A stretch of 64,000 nucleotides of DNA from Paraspadella gotoi (GCA_051294375.1 CM119265.1:28851167-28915166); one strand, 5' to 3'. Shown: positions 1-14,900, numbered from the stretch's first letter. Notes: generated from the sequence alone by a model not told the origin. Numbers and translations are program-made.

Positions 1-39
1 TCTCTTCTCTCCTCTCTATTCACCTCATCTCTTCTCTCT

Positions 40-81
<42 letters not shown>

Positions 82-454
82 TCAATTGATTTCCCTCTTT
101 TTATGAAAGGTTCCCTTGTTTGGCCTGAGATTGCTGTTGGCGCCTTCAGCCGAATTTTGTGGAAGAGAAAAAAAATGATGAGATGTATATATTTCTTTTT
201 TGAGAAAAAAAAAAATTCATAAAATGATAAAGGCCACAATATAACGAGGCTAATTTTATGTTTATTTAAACATTAAAACATTTAATGGGTATATTTAATA
301 AGTACAATTTATTCATGTATATTCATGACAACTATGGATGGAGAGACAAACAGACATACAGACAGATAGACAGACAGACAGACATAGGAAAAGACAGAAA
401 TGAAAGTTCAATAACTTAAGATGATGATGAGGAGAGAAATCGGAAGAGGAGAGA

Positions 455-612
455 ACGAGGAAGAAGAAGAAGGCGAGGAGGAGGAAGATGAAGAAGAAAA
501 GGAAGAGGAAGAAGAGGAGGAGGAGAAGGACGAGGAAGAAGAAGAAGGCGAGGAGGAGGAAGATTAAAAAGAAAAGGAAGAGGAAGAAGAGGAGGAGGAG
601 AAGGACGAGGAA
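455..612 (+). repeat. 75-bp purine-rich tandem duplication
   Basis: acgaggaagaagaagaaggcgaggaggaggaagat... starts at 455 and 530, with a partial third start near 605. Confidence 0.85.
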
Positions 613-769
613 CGAGGGACCGCGGGAGGAAAAAAAAGGGAGGTTCAATTGCTTGGAACTTTTCTCGGTCGCCTCAGACGGAGACGCCGAAATGGTTTTC
701 CTCCACCGGAGGGAAAAAAGGAAAGAAAAAGGAGGAAAAAAGAAAAAAAAGGTGGAAAAAAGGAAAGAA

Positions 770-1653
770 AACGGAGGAGAAAAAGAAAGAAAAAGGAGGA
801 AAAAAGAAAGAAAAAGTGGAAAAAAAGAAAGAAAAAAGAAGAGAAAAGAAAAAGTGGAAAAAAGGAAAGAAAAAGGAGGAAAAAAGAAAAAAAGGTGGAA
901 AAAAGGAAAGAAAACGGAGAAAAAAAGGAAAGAAAAAGGAGGGGAAAAAAGGTGGAAAAAGGAAGAAAAAAGTAAAGAAAAAGTGGAAAAAAGGAAAGAA
1001 AAAGTGGAAAAAAGGGAAAAAAAGAGGCAAAATAAAAAAGAAAAAAGAGGAAAAAAGGAAAGAAAAAGGAAAGAAAAAGAAGGAAAAAAAAGGAGGAATT
1101 AAGGAAAGAAAAACCAAAAAAAGAAAAGAAGTAAACGAAAAGAGAAAGTTATGTATCTCCTCTTTTGTGGTCAAATTCTGAGACTAATTTTTAAAGGAGT
1201 TAAACAAAAGTAGCAAACCATAAAATGAATTTGTTTTTTTCGAAGTTAGGGGACATTAAGAGGGTATGTTTACGGCACTGACTGTCACATAGCGTCGCTT
1301 TTTATTATGTTAATGTATTTTTTTGGCCATATACTCCAAAAGCGTCTAATTTTAGCTTAAATATTTATTTAATTTATTTATTAAGTTAAATTTTAAATAT
1401 TAGGTTATTGAATGATATTACAATTTTGGTTATAGTCAGGAATTAGTTGAAGGTTGGGTATATAATTATGAAGTTTGAAAAAAGATTAGTGTTAGAAGTT
1501 AAGAAGAAAAATTAAACAAAATTCTTGGAATAGTCTAAAAGCTAATTATTAGATTTAAGGTGCTGTAGTTAAATTGAGATATTTAAGTAGAAATCCTTCA
1601 AACGAATGATTATTGTACGTTTTTGTGTTTCTTTTTCTTCTTCAATTTTCAAT

Positions 1654-1709
<56 letters not shown>

Positions 1710-2213
1710 TCTTTGTGGTAATTTTGTTGATGAGGGCGGTGATGGTTTGTGTGGCGACTGTTTAGTCGACAGTCTTCAAAAAAAAAACTTTTTTTCCTCA
1801 TCATCGACCATCGTGCGCATGCGCGAAACGCGTGTTTTTGCGCGCGGGAGCGTTTTACCTATTTTCTTTCTTTAAAAAAAAAAAAAAAGGAAAAATCTCT
1901 TTACTTTTTTTGTATCCTCCTTCCATTTTAGTTTCCTCCCTTTCGTCTCTTTTTTTACTTTTCTTTTCTCCTCCCTCTTCTTCTTCTCCTCCCTCTCTTC
2001 CTCCCTCTCTTCCTCCTCCTCCTCCTTCTTTTTCGTCATTACTTGATATTGCCCAACTGGCAACACAGCAATACTTAGTCTGACTANNNNNNNNNNNNNN
2101 NNNNNNNNNNNGACATTCTCCATTTTCATTTTTTCTTGACAACGACGACGGACTAGCGCGAGCTCTCGCAGACTCTCTCTCTCTCTCGTCTCTCTCTCTC
2201 TCTTCTCTCTCTC

Positions 2214-2254
<41 letters not shown>

Positions 2255-3078
2255 TTTGCTTTCTTGTGTTTTGTCCCGAGCGTTTTTGCCGTCGGCTAAG
2301 AAGGCAGAAATTCATGTTCCTTTAGGTTTTTAACAAAGTAATAAACTAAATTATGATTTTTTTATTTTTTTTAAAATAAGATACATTTTTAAAAATACAA
2401 TGTAATAAAAAGCTAAAACTATTGCATGAAAACAAATTAGTCATATTCCTCATGAACTAATTTTGTTAGTTTGCTTTATAATTTTTAATATATTTGGTGG
2501 TACTAGAATTTCTTTTTATTTGTTTAGCTTATCTCTCTCTCTCTCTCTCTCTTTCTCTTCTCTCTCTCTCTCTCTCTCTCTCCTCTCTCCTCTCTCTCTC
2601 TTCTCCTCTTCTCTCTCTCTCTCTCGATTCTTTTCCCATTTCACGGGAAAGGGCTGGGTCGCTAGCGCGAAGAACAATTATTTTTTTTCTTCGCTTTTCT
2701 TAGAAATGAGTTTTTGTTTGAAACAAATCTCCTTCGCTCTTTATTGTTTTTCTTTTTCTTTTTTCTTTTTTTCTTTTTTTTGTTTAATATCGGGAAATAT
2801 TTTAAAAACTCTTTAACTCTTTAGCTTTTTTAAATTGCCTTCTATCTGATGGTAAAAATAAGGATTAATGTAGCTTGTAAATAATGTAGCGCTAAAGTCA
2901 TTAGGTTGTATTAAAAAAGATTAATCTGTCTAGGAATGTCTACAGTCTTTTCTGGGATGTCTCTGTTTGTATCCAGTGAGTTATGTCTGGTCTCTCGACT
3001 CTCTCTCTCTCTCTCTCTCTCTCTTCTACTTTCTCTCTCTCTCTCTCTCTCTCTTTCTTTCTCTCTATCTATCTCTCA

Positions 3079-3109
<31 letters not shown>

Positions 3110-3364
3110 TTCTCGAAAAGCCCAATTTTTTGGAGGACTTTCTTCAAGGTTCGGCCCCATAATCCTGGCAGACTTGCCCCCCTTGTCCCCTCCTCCTCCT
3201 CTTCCTCCTCCCCCTCTCTCCCTACCCCTTGTTCAGCGGGGGAGAAAGGGCGCCTTGTTAATGGGCAATGCAGCTTTGGAAATGGTATGCTCATTACTGA
3301 GGGTTTTGGGCAAGACGGGATTAGGTTAAAGAGGGAGATGAGGAGAGAGAGAGAGAGAAAGAGA

Positions 3365-3413
<49 letters not shown>

Positions 3414-5432
3414 GATAGAGAGAGAGAGAGATGAGACATGGGCTATACTCGAGATTCGCGGCTAGGAAGCACGATGTCGGACCACCGAGCCTTTTGTCCA
3501 CCATGGCGGACCACATCGTCCGGCCAATCTTTGCCGCCGGGACTCGAGGTCGCGGATCGAGAGAATAAAATCTCTGATCCGGAGCAAATTCCGCGGATCA
3601 ACTAGGACGATATCCGGAGATCGGTGGTCGCGGACGGAAGATTTCTTTTAGTTTTTTACTTATTTTTTGGGATAATTTGCTTTTCTTTTCGTTTGTTTTT
3701 GAGACAACGATTATGAATAAAAAAATATTATATGTAATGATGGAAAAATGAAAAAAAAAATTTTAAAATAAAATAACTTAAAAAAAACAAATCAATTCGT
3801 TTTTTGCACTGAAGGCCCAAAACATTGTTTCGAAATTAATGTTTCAAAAAAATATGAAAAAAATATTTATAATCATCATCATCTTTTGATAGTTTCACTT
3901 TTTCTTAAATTTTGACCAAGAAAAAATTTTTTTTTGAAAGTTGTAGTTATATTTTTATTTATTTAGCTTTTTTCTCTATTCAGAATCTATCAAAAAAGTT
4001 AAGATTGGTTAAAAAAGTATTTTATTCCTTTATACTAATATTGTAATTTTTGATTCGAACAATAAACAGCATTAAAATTGAATTTTTTAAAAAAAATCTT
4101 TTTTTACCTGAAGTACACTCAAAGACTGAAGTTTTAGTGAATTTAATTTTTATCTGGTAGATTTCTAATAAATAAAGGATAAAAAAGGGACAATTTATTT
4201 ACAAACAAAATGACAAGAAAAAGTTAGAATGAGCACAAAATTAACACTATTAAAAACTAAATAACTACCATTGAATAAAAATAAAAGTGAAACGTTTTGC
4301 CAGCAAGTTCAAGTTGTTGGGCCTTTAGTTGATTTCTCCTTACCAACATTTTCCTTATACTAATAATGACTTTTGTACAATTTCATCTAATTATAAATTT
4401 AAAATTTAAAATACTGCAAATTAAAAACCTTTTTTTTCATCACTTTAACATTAAATTTGATTTAATTCCTATTAAATTTTTAATTCGATTACCTAAATTG
4501 TCCAATTTTTTTAAAAAATTCTTCCGTTTTTAATTATTGTCATTTTAACAAGTTGGAAAAAAACAATACAAGTGGAAAAAAATAATAATAGTTTAAATTA
4601 TTTGCACTTTATTTGTAATTATTTTTTACTTTAGTATTTATTTATTTATTTCATTTAGCTGTACATTGATCCGACATTTATTTGCTCAAACTTGGTTTAA
4701 TACAACTGATATTTTTTTCCTTTTTGTTCTTATTGTGTTTTTCCTTTGTTTCAATGTGAATTGATTTAGAGGAAAGTTTTTAAAAAGAGATACAACAAGA
4801 TTTTATTTCTTATAATGAACGGACATGTTTCGACTCACATACGAGTTTTCTTCAGCGCAATTCAATTGTTAATTTGAACTGTGAATTTTTTTCTTTCTTT
4901 CTTTCTGTCTTTTTTTTTCTTTTTTTTTTTTTTTTGTAATTTTTTTTTACTATTTTCTTTTTATCTTTTCATTATTTTTTTAATTAAAGGAATGAGCAGA
5001 AAAGAGTCTCGACTCTCGATTCCGCGGACTTTCAGCTCCGGTCGGTTATCCGCGGACTCTGTCATTAAAGCCCGGATGCCGCGGCGAGGGGGAGAAAAGA
5101 GAGAGAAGAGAAGAGGAATGACCCGTCGGGGGTTAGGTGTCGGGTCAGCGTCCGCGACCTGAGCGCCTGGACGGAGGAGAACAATAGCCGGGCAGCCGGG
5201 AAAACAATAGATGTGACCAAAAATTGGTGTCCGCGAAGTTCAAGTATATGCCTCGATAGAGAGAGTGTGATAAAGAGAGAGAGAGACTAAGAGAGGAGAG
5301 AGAGAGAAGAGAGAGAGAGAGCCTTCAAAATATATTGAATAACTTAAATTTCAATAAAACAAACAAAATGCTACTTTTTTTTGATTGAACTTTTTATTTT
5401 TTGGGCATCAGGAGTGTTCATCTCTCTCTTTT

Positions 5433-5486
<54 letters not shown>

Positions 5487-6526
5487 TCTCTTCTCTCTCT
5501 CTCTCTCTCTTCAGACAGATAAAATTGACAGGGAATTGCCTCTTCTTTCTTTCTTCATTTCTCTTTGTCTTTCTCGTTTTCCCCAAAATTTTAAATAAAA
5601 TTTATAATTTTTGTTTTTAACTAGATCAATCAATAAATACATATTTTATTGAAATTTTTTCCATGTATTCATTAAAACGCTGATTACTTTTTTAGTTTTC
5701 GATCTAAGAATTTACATATGAATGTTAAATACAGAAGAAATATTTTTCTGCCATAGGTTCTTAATGAGATATTATGAAAATTCCAAGATTCTGGATATAC
5801 TATATTAGACAAAATTTTAGACCAAATTTTAAAAAAAATTAAAAAGGTTGAATTGAATTTCTATATTTAATTATTAATCATTTCATATTTTATATTTTAT
5901 ATTACTATTATATCATTATTTATCATTAATGTTTTAAGACCAAAATTGTTTTCATCTCCTCGCAATCTTTTTTTTTCTCCGTTGCTCTTTTTGTTTAGAA
6001 AAACAATTTCTCGTTCGGCCCGCCGCGACGAATGGCCGCGCATTAAATCGAGATCAGTCTCGCCCGCCTCGCGGAAAACAAAGAAATTACTTGCCTTATT
6101 TTAAGAAAATTCAAATAGAGAGAGACAGAGAGAGAGAGAGAAGAGAGAGAGAATGTAAAAACTAAAACAACAATGTATTTGTTTCTGATGGAAATTATTG
6201 AGTCTTTTTGTTATCTTTTTCCTTTGAGTTTTCTTTTCTTTATGTTTTCTTTTTCTTTTGTTTTTCTTTTCCTTATATTTCTTTACCTTTATGTTTTCTT
6301 TTCCTTATGTTTACTTTGATTTCTTGTTTTCTTTCCTTTTGTTTCTTTTCCTTTTTTTTAATTTATATTTTTTTTCCTTTTTTTTCTTTCTTTTATTCTT
6401 TTCCTCCATTTCTCTCTTCACCCTCCTTCTCCTTTTTTCCACGAAGTTCATTTGGGGTCAAACGATGGTTTCACCGGGGTTCAAAAGGGTTCTCTCTCTC
6501 TCTCTCCTCTCTCTCTCTTCTCTCTC

Positions 6527-6560
<34 letters not shown>

Positions 6561-7339
6561 CTTTCACTCTCTCTATATCTCTCTGTCCTTTCTCTCTCAC
6601 CTGTCAAACACCAAACTGCCAAATTCCAGGGAATTCCATTCAATCAATCCTCTTTCTTCCTCCCTTTCTTTTTTTTTCCTCATTTCTCTTCTTTCCTTTC
6701 CTAAATCCTTTCACTCCCCCTCTCTTTGATCTTACCTCTTTTTCTTTTTATATTCTTTCTCTTTTCCTCCCTTTCCTCCCTTCCTATCTTCCTATCTTGA
6801 TCCCTATATGCTCAAATTTTCTTATCTTCTTTCTACCTTCCTCCTCCTCCCTTCCTCCTTGAACTCTTTTCTTTTTGTTCTCCTTTCTCCTTTCCTCCTT
6901 TCCTCCCTCTCTTCCTCCTTGGACATTTTCTTTCATCTTTCTCTATTTCCTCTCTCCCTCTCTTCCTCTCGACCTTACTCTTTTTATTCATCGCTTTCTC
7001 CTTTCCTCCTTCTCTCGTCTTCCCCCTTCCTCCACAATTTCCACAAAGAATATTAATTAATACGGGAAGAGAGAGTTTCCATTCTGGCTTCGGCAATTAC
7101 ATCCCTCAACGAGTCCCTTAACACTCCTTTCGCAGTTAAAGACCATAATCTGGGCTATGGTTTGGCGGCCAAAGTGTCGGCCAAGGTTGGCGGCTTAAAC
7201 GTCGGCTTATGGAGGCGTCTGTATTGGCGGCTTATGTCTCTTGCCAGCCATTTTTAAAGTTTCGTTTAAAAAAAAAAATTAAAAAAACTTTTTTTTGGCT
7301 GAAACACTTGGTAGAGTTTGGTGCCATAATAGTTATCGA

Positions 7340-7372
<33 letters not shown>

Positions 7373-7474
7373 ATTGATTGATTGATTTGATTGATTGATT
7401 GATTGCTTATACCGGCTTCGTTATAGAACGGTTAAATGGAAAAACGTATTCATTATCATTATAATCTCCCTCTC

Positions 7475-7565
<91 letters not shown>

Positions 7566-8332
7566 ATGTTTTTTTTTTGTTTTTCTCAGTTTTTCTCCCT
7601 CGTTTCGTTTCTTCTCTTCCGATATCCAAGAATAGTTTTTTCTCCTTCAACCTCTTTTTCTATTTTTTCTCGTAACTGATCATTGAACATCGTCTGTTTG
7701 CTTTTGATCGACTTCTGTCTGTTTGCTGATCGACTCTCTGATTGCTTGATCGACTCTATCTTCTTTTTCTATCGGACTTTCGTCTACTTGCTTCTACATC
7801 CTTCTTTCTGCTTGCTCTCTATTGACTTTGTTGCCTTGCTCTGATCGACTCTTTCTGCTTGCTCTATCGCACTTTTCGTCGTTTGCTTGGCTCTCATTGT
7901 TAGCTCTCAAGTAGCTGGTAATGTCGGGCGTCCCTCCGTCCAGACAAGCTCCAGACAAGCTTGCTGCCGTCGATGGTTTCGGTGATTGAGTCGGACGCCG
8001 AGACGCGAGCAGAGAAGATTAGAGGGAGGACGCGCAAGCATTATGAACCTAGCATTGTGAAACCAGCATGGCTGAACCAAAGCATGCGTGAACCAAACTT
8101 TATGGAGAGGACTTATGAAGTAACCATTATAACGATGTCGTTTACTTCTACATCACTTTGATACTAACGTTAATGTTATAACATTTTTAAAAGCTGACGA
8201 CAACCCAAGCTTCAATCATGAAATGATCAATTCGACGTTCATAACTCTGCTCTGTCTCTGTCTCTGTCTCACGTTCCTCACTCTGTCTCAGTCAGATCAA
8301 AATTCCTTCATCGATCCATACTCTCTCTTCTT

Positions 8333-8414
<82 letters not shown>

Positions 8415-8421
8415 CTCTCTT

Positions 8422-8492
<71 letters not shown>

Positions 8493-10474
8493 CACAGTCT
8501 CTACCCACCCTCCCGTCTTAGCGCCGCTCTGCGCCTTCTCGACCCCAAGCCGCCTTCGCCGCCTCCCTTTATGGTCAACTTGGATTTTTGTGGGCCTCAA
8601 ATCTCGGTTGAGCGAAAAGGGAGACGGGGAGTGGTCGGGGAGCGGGTTGAAGTGAGTGGTGGGGAGTGGTAAAGGGGAGGGTTAGAGTGGTAAAAGGGGA
8701 GTGGTTCGAGGTGAGTGGTAGTCGGGGAGTGGCAAAAGGGGAGTGGTTAAAGTGATTAGTAGGGGGGGAGTTGGCAAAGGGGGAGCGTGGTTTAAGTGTT
8801 GTGAGGGGGAGTGGCAAAGGGGAAAGCGGTTAAAGTGTTGGTAGGGGGAGTGGCAAAGGGAGGGTTGAAGTGAGAGAAGGGGAGTGCAAGGGGAGCGGTT
8901 AGTAGTGGTAAAGGGAGTTGTTGTGAAGTAAAGTGGTTAGGGGTGGTACAGGGGAAGTGGTAAATATGGTGAAGAGAGTGGACATGAAAGATTGGTGAGG
9001 ATGATGTAGTTCATTGAAGTTATTGTAGTGATTGAATTCTTCGAATCTCATTTACATTTATAGTATTTTTTATTTCATTTACGGTTTTCATGGAAGTCTT
9101 TATTTATTATTTCAGAATTTAATTTTAAGTGTTAAATAATTGAAACAGTAAAGCGGCCCGTCAGAATTATGGAATGAAATGGAAGACAAACTTTAGTGGT
9201 GGAGTTAAACTGTGAAGTACTGTGAGTATAGAGTTATTTACGGGAATGAATGAATAGTGGATCGGGGGCTAAGGTATAGCGTCTGGAGAGTGAAGTGAGA
9301 AGGGGAAGTATGGGGCGACGTTGGAGCGGAGTAGTGGAGCCACTGTTGGGAGCGGGTAGTGTTAGCGACGGCGACTCGATCGCGGCGACTTGACGGCCGA
9401 GCCGCGTCGATGGACGAAAGAAAAAGGAGAGGAAGAGAGGGGGAAGGGAGGAAGTGGAGACAGGGTGTGAGGGAGGGAAGGAGTGAAGGAAAGAAGGGGG
9501 AGGCGAGGGAGAAGTGGGGAGGAGAAGAGGACAGATTAAGTGAAATAGGGTGGAGAGAGGAAGAAAGGAAGCGGGAGAAACAAAGGAATGAGAAAAGGAG
9601 GAGGAAGAAACAGGAGGAAAAAAGGGAGGGAAGGAGAGAGAGAGAGAGAGAGAGAGAGCATGAGAGAGAGAGAGAGGAGAGAGAGAGACGAGAGAGAGAC
9701 GAGGAGAGAGAGAGAAGAGACGTTTTTTTCTTTGTTGTGGCGGGTAATTTGTTTATGCATTCTTGAAACGCCAGCGTCTTAAGAAGATGAGCTTTTTTTA
9801 TGAGGAAGGGCTTGCCTTGTCTCTCTCGGCTTCAAAAGTCTCGCCGCCTCCTCCTCCTCTTCCTCCTCTCCTCCTCTCTCCTCTTCGTCGCGCCACCACC
9901 TCTGGCTCGACCACTCTGGCTCGACCACCCTGGCGGTAAAAAGTGGAAGGGAGGAAAAAAGAAAGATAAATATTCGTTGAATTGAAAAGGATAATTATTT
10001 ATGCTAGAATCTAAAGAGGAAAAATCTCCCAAAAAATAACAGAGGAAAAAAAAGGGGAAAATTAATAAAAAAAAACATTTTATCGATGGGTTGATTAAAA
10101 AATAGCCGTAAATTTCTCCCTATGATAATATTTATAATATGTCTTATTTATCACACTATTATCATATCTTCATATTCCGATTCGTGATTCCAATGTGAAC
10201 ATTTTGTTCGGTTTTTTTTCCCTTTTTTTTCCTCCAATTCCTTCCACCTTTTTTATTTGTCGACCTTATAGTCGTTTTTCCTCTTAGCTTACTTTTTCAC
10301 CATACCACCTCCATCTTCACAGGGACCTTTCCTCCCCTTCTTCCTCCTCTTCCTCCCCTTTCCTCCCTTATTCTTCCCCTTTTCTCCCCTTCTTCTCTTC
10401 TTTTTTCCCTTTTTCTTTCTTCCTTCTCCTCCCTTCCTCCTTCTTCCCCTCCACTCTCCTCTCTCCCTCTCTCC

Positions 10475-10507
<33 letters not shown>

Positions 10508-11432
10508 TCTCTCTTCTCTCAGCGTTTGCCACAGGGCTTCGGCTGCTCTCGCTGTCTCACATCGCTACCATTAACCTTGTCTAGTCACTAAGTACTTTCG
10601 CTTCGGAAAGACGGACCAGAATGAGGGGGGAGAGGGGGGAGAGGGAGGAGAAGAGGGGAGGAGAGAGAGGGAGGAAGGGGGAGAGGAGGAGAGAGAGAGG
10701 GAAGAGGGGAGAGAGAGGAAGAGGGGGAAGAAGAGGAGGAAAGAAAGAAATATGAAAGAGAATGAGGAATATGTGTTAGAGGATAGAAAGGATGGGGGAG
10801 GAGGAAGAAAAGAGAGGAAGAGAAGGAAGATGGAGAATGAAAAAGAAAAGAAAAAATAGAAAAATAAAGGAATAGAAAATGATTGAGGAAGGGATAGAAA
10901 AAATAAATTTAAAAAAATTAAAAAATTAAAAGTTAAACGAAAGGAATCTAAATGAAAAAAAGTAAAAAAAAAAACAACAAAAAACTGGACTGCTAAACGA
11001 ATTTTAATTGTTTAATGAATCCTCTATATTTATTTAATCATTTTCTTATTAACCTTAATGATAATATGAAATTCGTTAGTGCGTTTTGAGGTCATTGATT
11101 AAGTCGTTTTGAATTTTACTTTTTGTTTTTGTTTTCTCTTGTTTTTTTGTTTATTTTGTTCAGTTTTCCTTTTTCTTTGTGATTTCACATTTTTTACTCG
11201 CGGTTCACTCGCGAGAATTTCCATCGATTTAATATGTTTTATTTTTTTTGTTCATTTGTTTGTTTTTTCTGTTTTCTTGTTTGGTATTCTGGTTTCTGTT
11301 TCGTGCGTTCATTGAAAAATGGGTCGTTCCTTCGGGAGAAAGCCTGGGCTCGTCGTGTCGTCTTCGTCGTCGTCGTCGTTCCTTCGGCGCCCGACTTTCA
11401 ATAAGATAAGAACCCTCGAGACGCCAGATTCA
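770..11432 (+). repeat. Direct segmental duplication, copy 1
   Basis: Matches 12205-23506. 2112-~5520 appears identical to 13599-~17007 (constant offset 11,487; identical ORF translations). The remainder differs mainly by indels. Confidence 0.95.
8620..8985 (+). repeat. G-rich degenerate minisatellite (~38-40-bp unit GGGGGAGTGGCAAAGGGGAGCGGTTAAAGTG..)
   Basis: Repeated ggggagtggcaaaggg motifs; the equivalent interval is largely an N gap in copy 2 (20258-20545). Confidence 0.75.
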
Positions 11433-11446
11433 TCTGCTCTCTTTTT

Positions 11447-11712
11447 TTCTCGCTTTTGCTTTCTTGTGTTTGTCCGAGCGTTTTTGCCGTCGGCTAAGAA
11501 GGCAGATCATGTTCCTTTAGGTTTTTAACAAAGTAAAAACTAAATTATGATTTTTTATTTTTTTAAAAAATAAATACATTTTAAAATACAAATGTAATAA
11601 AAAGCTAAAACTATTGCATGAAACAAATTAGTCATATCCTCCAGAACTAATTTTGTTAGTTTGCTTTATAACTTTTTAATATATGTGGTACTAGAATTTC
11701 TTTGAGTTTAGC

Positions 11713-11806
<94 letters not shown>

Positions 11807-12179
11807 TCTTTTCCCATTCACGGAAGGCTGGGTCGCTAGCGCCGAAGAACAATTATTTTTTTTCTTCGCTTTTCTTAGAAATGAGTTTTCGTTTGAAACA
11901 AATTCCTTCGCTTTATTGTTTTTCTTTTCTTTTTTCTTTTTTTTTCTTTTTTTTTTGTTTAAATATCGGAAATATTTTAAAAACTCTTTAACTTTTAGCT
12001 TTTAAATTGCCTTCTATCTGATGTAAAAATAAGGATTAATGTAGCTTGTAAATAATGTAGCGCTAAAGTCATTAGGTTGTATTAAAAAAGATTAATCTGT
12101 CTAGGAATGTCTACAGTCTTTTCTGGGATTGTCTCTGTTTGTATCCCAGTGAGTCTATGTCTGTCTCTCTCTCTCTCTC
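11447..12179 (+). repeat. Third, noisy copy of ~2250-3000
   Basis: cgcttttgctttcttgtgttt...gctagcg...gctaaagtcattaggttgtattaaaaaagattaatctgtctaggaatgtctacag shared with 2250-3000 and 13740-14490. Confidence 0.92.
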
Positions 12180-13108
12180 NNNNNNNNNNNNNNNNNNNNN
12201 NNNNACTCTCGGAGGAGAAAAAGAAAGAAAAAGGAGGAAAAAAGAAAGAAAAAGTGGAAAAAAGAAAGAAAAAGAAGGAAAAGAAAAAGTGGAAAAAGGA
12301 AAGAAAAAGGAGGAAAAAAGAAAAAAAGGTTTTTGGAAAAGGAAAAGAAAACGGAGAAAAAAAGGAAGAAAAAGGAGGGGAAAAAAAGGTGGAAAAAGGA
12401 AGAAAAAAGTAAAGAAAAAGTGGAAAAAAGAAGAAAACAGTTGAAAAAGGGAAAAAAGAGGCAAAATAAAAAAGAAAAAAGAGGAAAAAAGGAAAGAAAA
12501 AGGAAAGAAAAGAAGGAAAAAAAGGAGGAATTAAGGAAGAAAAACCAAAAAAAGAAAAGAAGTAAACGAAAGGAGAAAGTTATGTATCTCCTCTTTTGTG
12601 TCAAATTCTGAGAACTTAATTTTTTTAAAGGAGTTAACAAGTTAGCAAAACCATAAAATGAATTGTTTTTTTTCGAAGTTAGGGGACATATAAGAGGGTA
12701 TGTTTACGGCACTGGGACTGTCATATAGCGTCGCTTTTTATATGTTAATGTTATTTTTTTTGGCATATACTTCCAAAAGCGTCTAATTTTTAGCTTAAAT
12801 ATTATTTTAATTTATTTATTTAAGCTTAAATTTTAAATATTGGTTAATTGAATGATATTACATTTTGGTTTATAGTCAGGGAATTAGTTGAAGGTGGTAT
12901 ATATTAATGAGTTTTATGAAAACAAAGTAGTGTTAGAAAATTAAGAGAAAAATTTAAAACAAAATTCTTGGAATACGATCTAAAAGCTTAATTATTAGAT
13001 TTAAGTGCTGTAGTTAATTGGCAGATATTTTAAGTAGAAATCCTTCAACACGAATATTATTTGTACGTTTTTGTGTTTCTTTTTTTCTTCTTCAATTTTC
13101 AATCTTTT

Positions 13109-13155
<47 letters not shown>

Positions 13156-13700
13156 TCTCTCTCTCTCTCTCTCTTCCTCTCTCACTCTTCTTCTTTTCTT
13201 TATGTTGGTAATTTTGATTGATTGAGGAAGCCGGTGATGGGTTGTTGATGTGGCGATATGTTTAGTTCGACAGTTCTTCACAAAAAAAAACTTTTTTTCC
13301 TCATCATCGACCATCGTGCGCCATGGCAGCGAAACGCGTGTTTTTTTGCGCGCGGAAGCGTTTTACCTTTTTCTTCTTTAAAAAAAAAAAAAAAGGGAAA
13401 AATCTTTCTTTACTTTTTATGTATCTCCTTCCATTTTTAGTTTCTCCCCTTTCGTCTCCTTCCTTTTTTACTTTCTTTTTCTCCTCCCTCTTCTTCTTCT
13501 CTCCCATCTCTTCCTCCCTCTCTTCCTCCTCCTCCTCCTTCTGTGTTCGTCATTACTTGATATTGCCCAACTGGCACACAGCAATACTTAGTCTGACTGA
13601 CATTCTCCATTTTCATTTTTTCTTGACAACGACGACGGACTAGCGCGAGCTCTCGCAGACTCTCTCTCTCTCTCGTCTCTCTCTCTCTCTTCTCTCTCTC

Positions 13701-13741
<41 letters not shown>

Positions 13742-14565
13742 TTTGCTTTCTTGTGTTTTGTCCCGAGCGTTTTTGCCGTCGGCTAAGAAGGCAGAAATTC
13801 ATGTTCCTTTAGGTTTTTAACAAAGTAATAAACTAAATTATGATTTTTTTATTTTTTTTAAAATAAGATACATTTTTAAAAATACAATGTAATAAAAAGC
13901 TAAAACTATTGCATGAAAACAAATTAGTCATATTCCTCATGAACTAATTTTGTTAGTTTGCTTTATAATTTTTAATATATTTGGTGGTACTAGAATTTCT
14001 TTTTATTTGTTTAGCTTATCTCTCTCTCTCTCTCTCTCTTTCTCTTCTCTCTCTCTCTCTCTCTCTCTCCTCTCTCCTCTCTCTCTCTTCTCCTCTTCTC
14101 TCTCTCTCTCTCGATTCTTTTCCCATTTCACGGGAAAGGGCTGGGTCGCTAGCGCGAAGAACAATTATTTTTTTTCTTCGCTTTTCTTAGAAATGAGTTT
14201 TTGTTTGAAACAAATCTCCTTCGCTCTTTATTGTTTTTCTTTTTCTTTTTTCTTTTTTTCTTTTTTTTGTTTAATATCGGGAAATATTTTAAAAACTCTT
14301 TAACTCTTTAGCTTTTTTAAATTGCCTTCTATCTGATGGTAAAAATAAGGATTAATGTAGCTTGTAAATAATGTAGCGCTAAAGTCATTAGGTTGTATTA
14401 AAAAAGATTAATCTGTCTAGGAATGTCTACAGTCTTTTCTGGGATGTCTCTGTTTGTATCCAGTGAGTTATGTCTGGTCTCTCGACTCTCTCTCTCTCTC
14501 TCTCTCTCTCTTCTACTTTCTCTCTCTCTCTCTCTCTCTCTTTCTTTCTCTCTATCTATCTCTCA

Positions 14566-14596
<31 letters not shown>

Positions 14597-14851
14597 TTCT
14601 CGAAAAGCCCAATTTTTTGGAGGACTTTCTTCAAGGTTCGGCCCCATAATCCTGGCAGACTTGCCCCCCTTGTCCCCTCCTCCTCCTCTTCCTCCTCCCC
14701 CTCTCTCCCTACCCCTTGTTCAGCGGGGGAGAAAGGGCGCCTTGTTAATGGGCAATGCAGCTTTGGAAATGGTATGCTCATTACTGAGGGTTTTGGGCAA
14801 GACGGGATTAGGTTAAAGAGGGAGATGAGGAGAGAGAGAGAGAGAAAGAGA

Positions 14852-14900
<49 letters not shown>

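Noticed and set aside
420-612. Poly-Glu acidic coding segment
   Set aside because: There is an in-frame TAA in the second 75-bp unit and no convincing splice context; treated as a tandem repeat.
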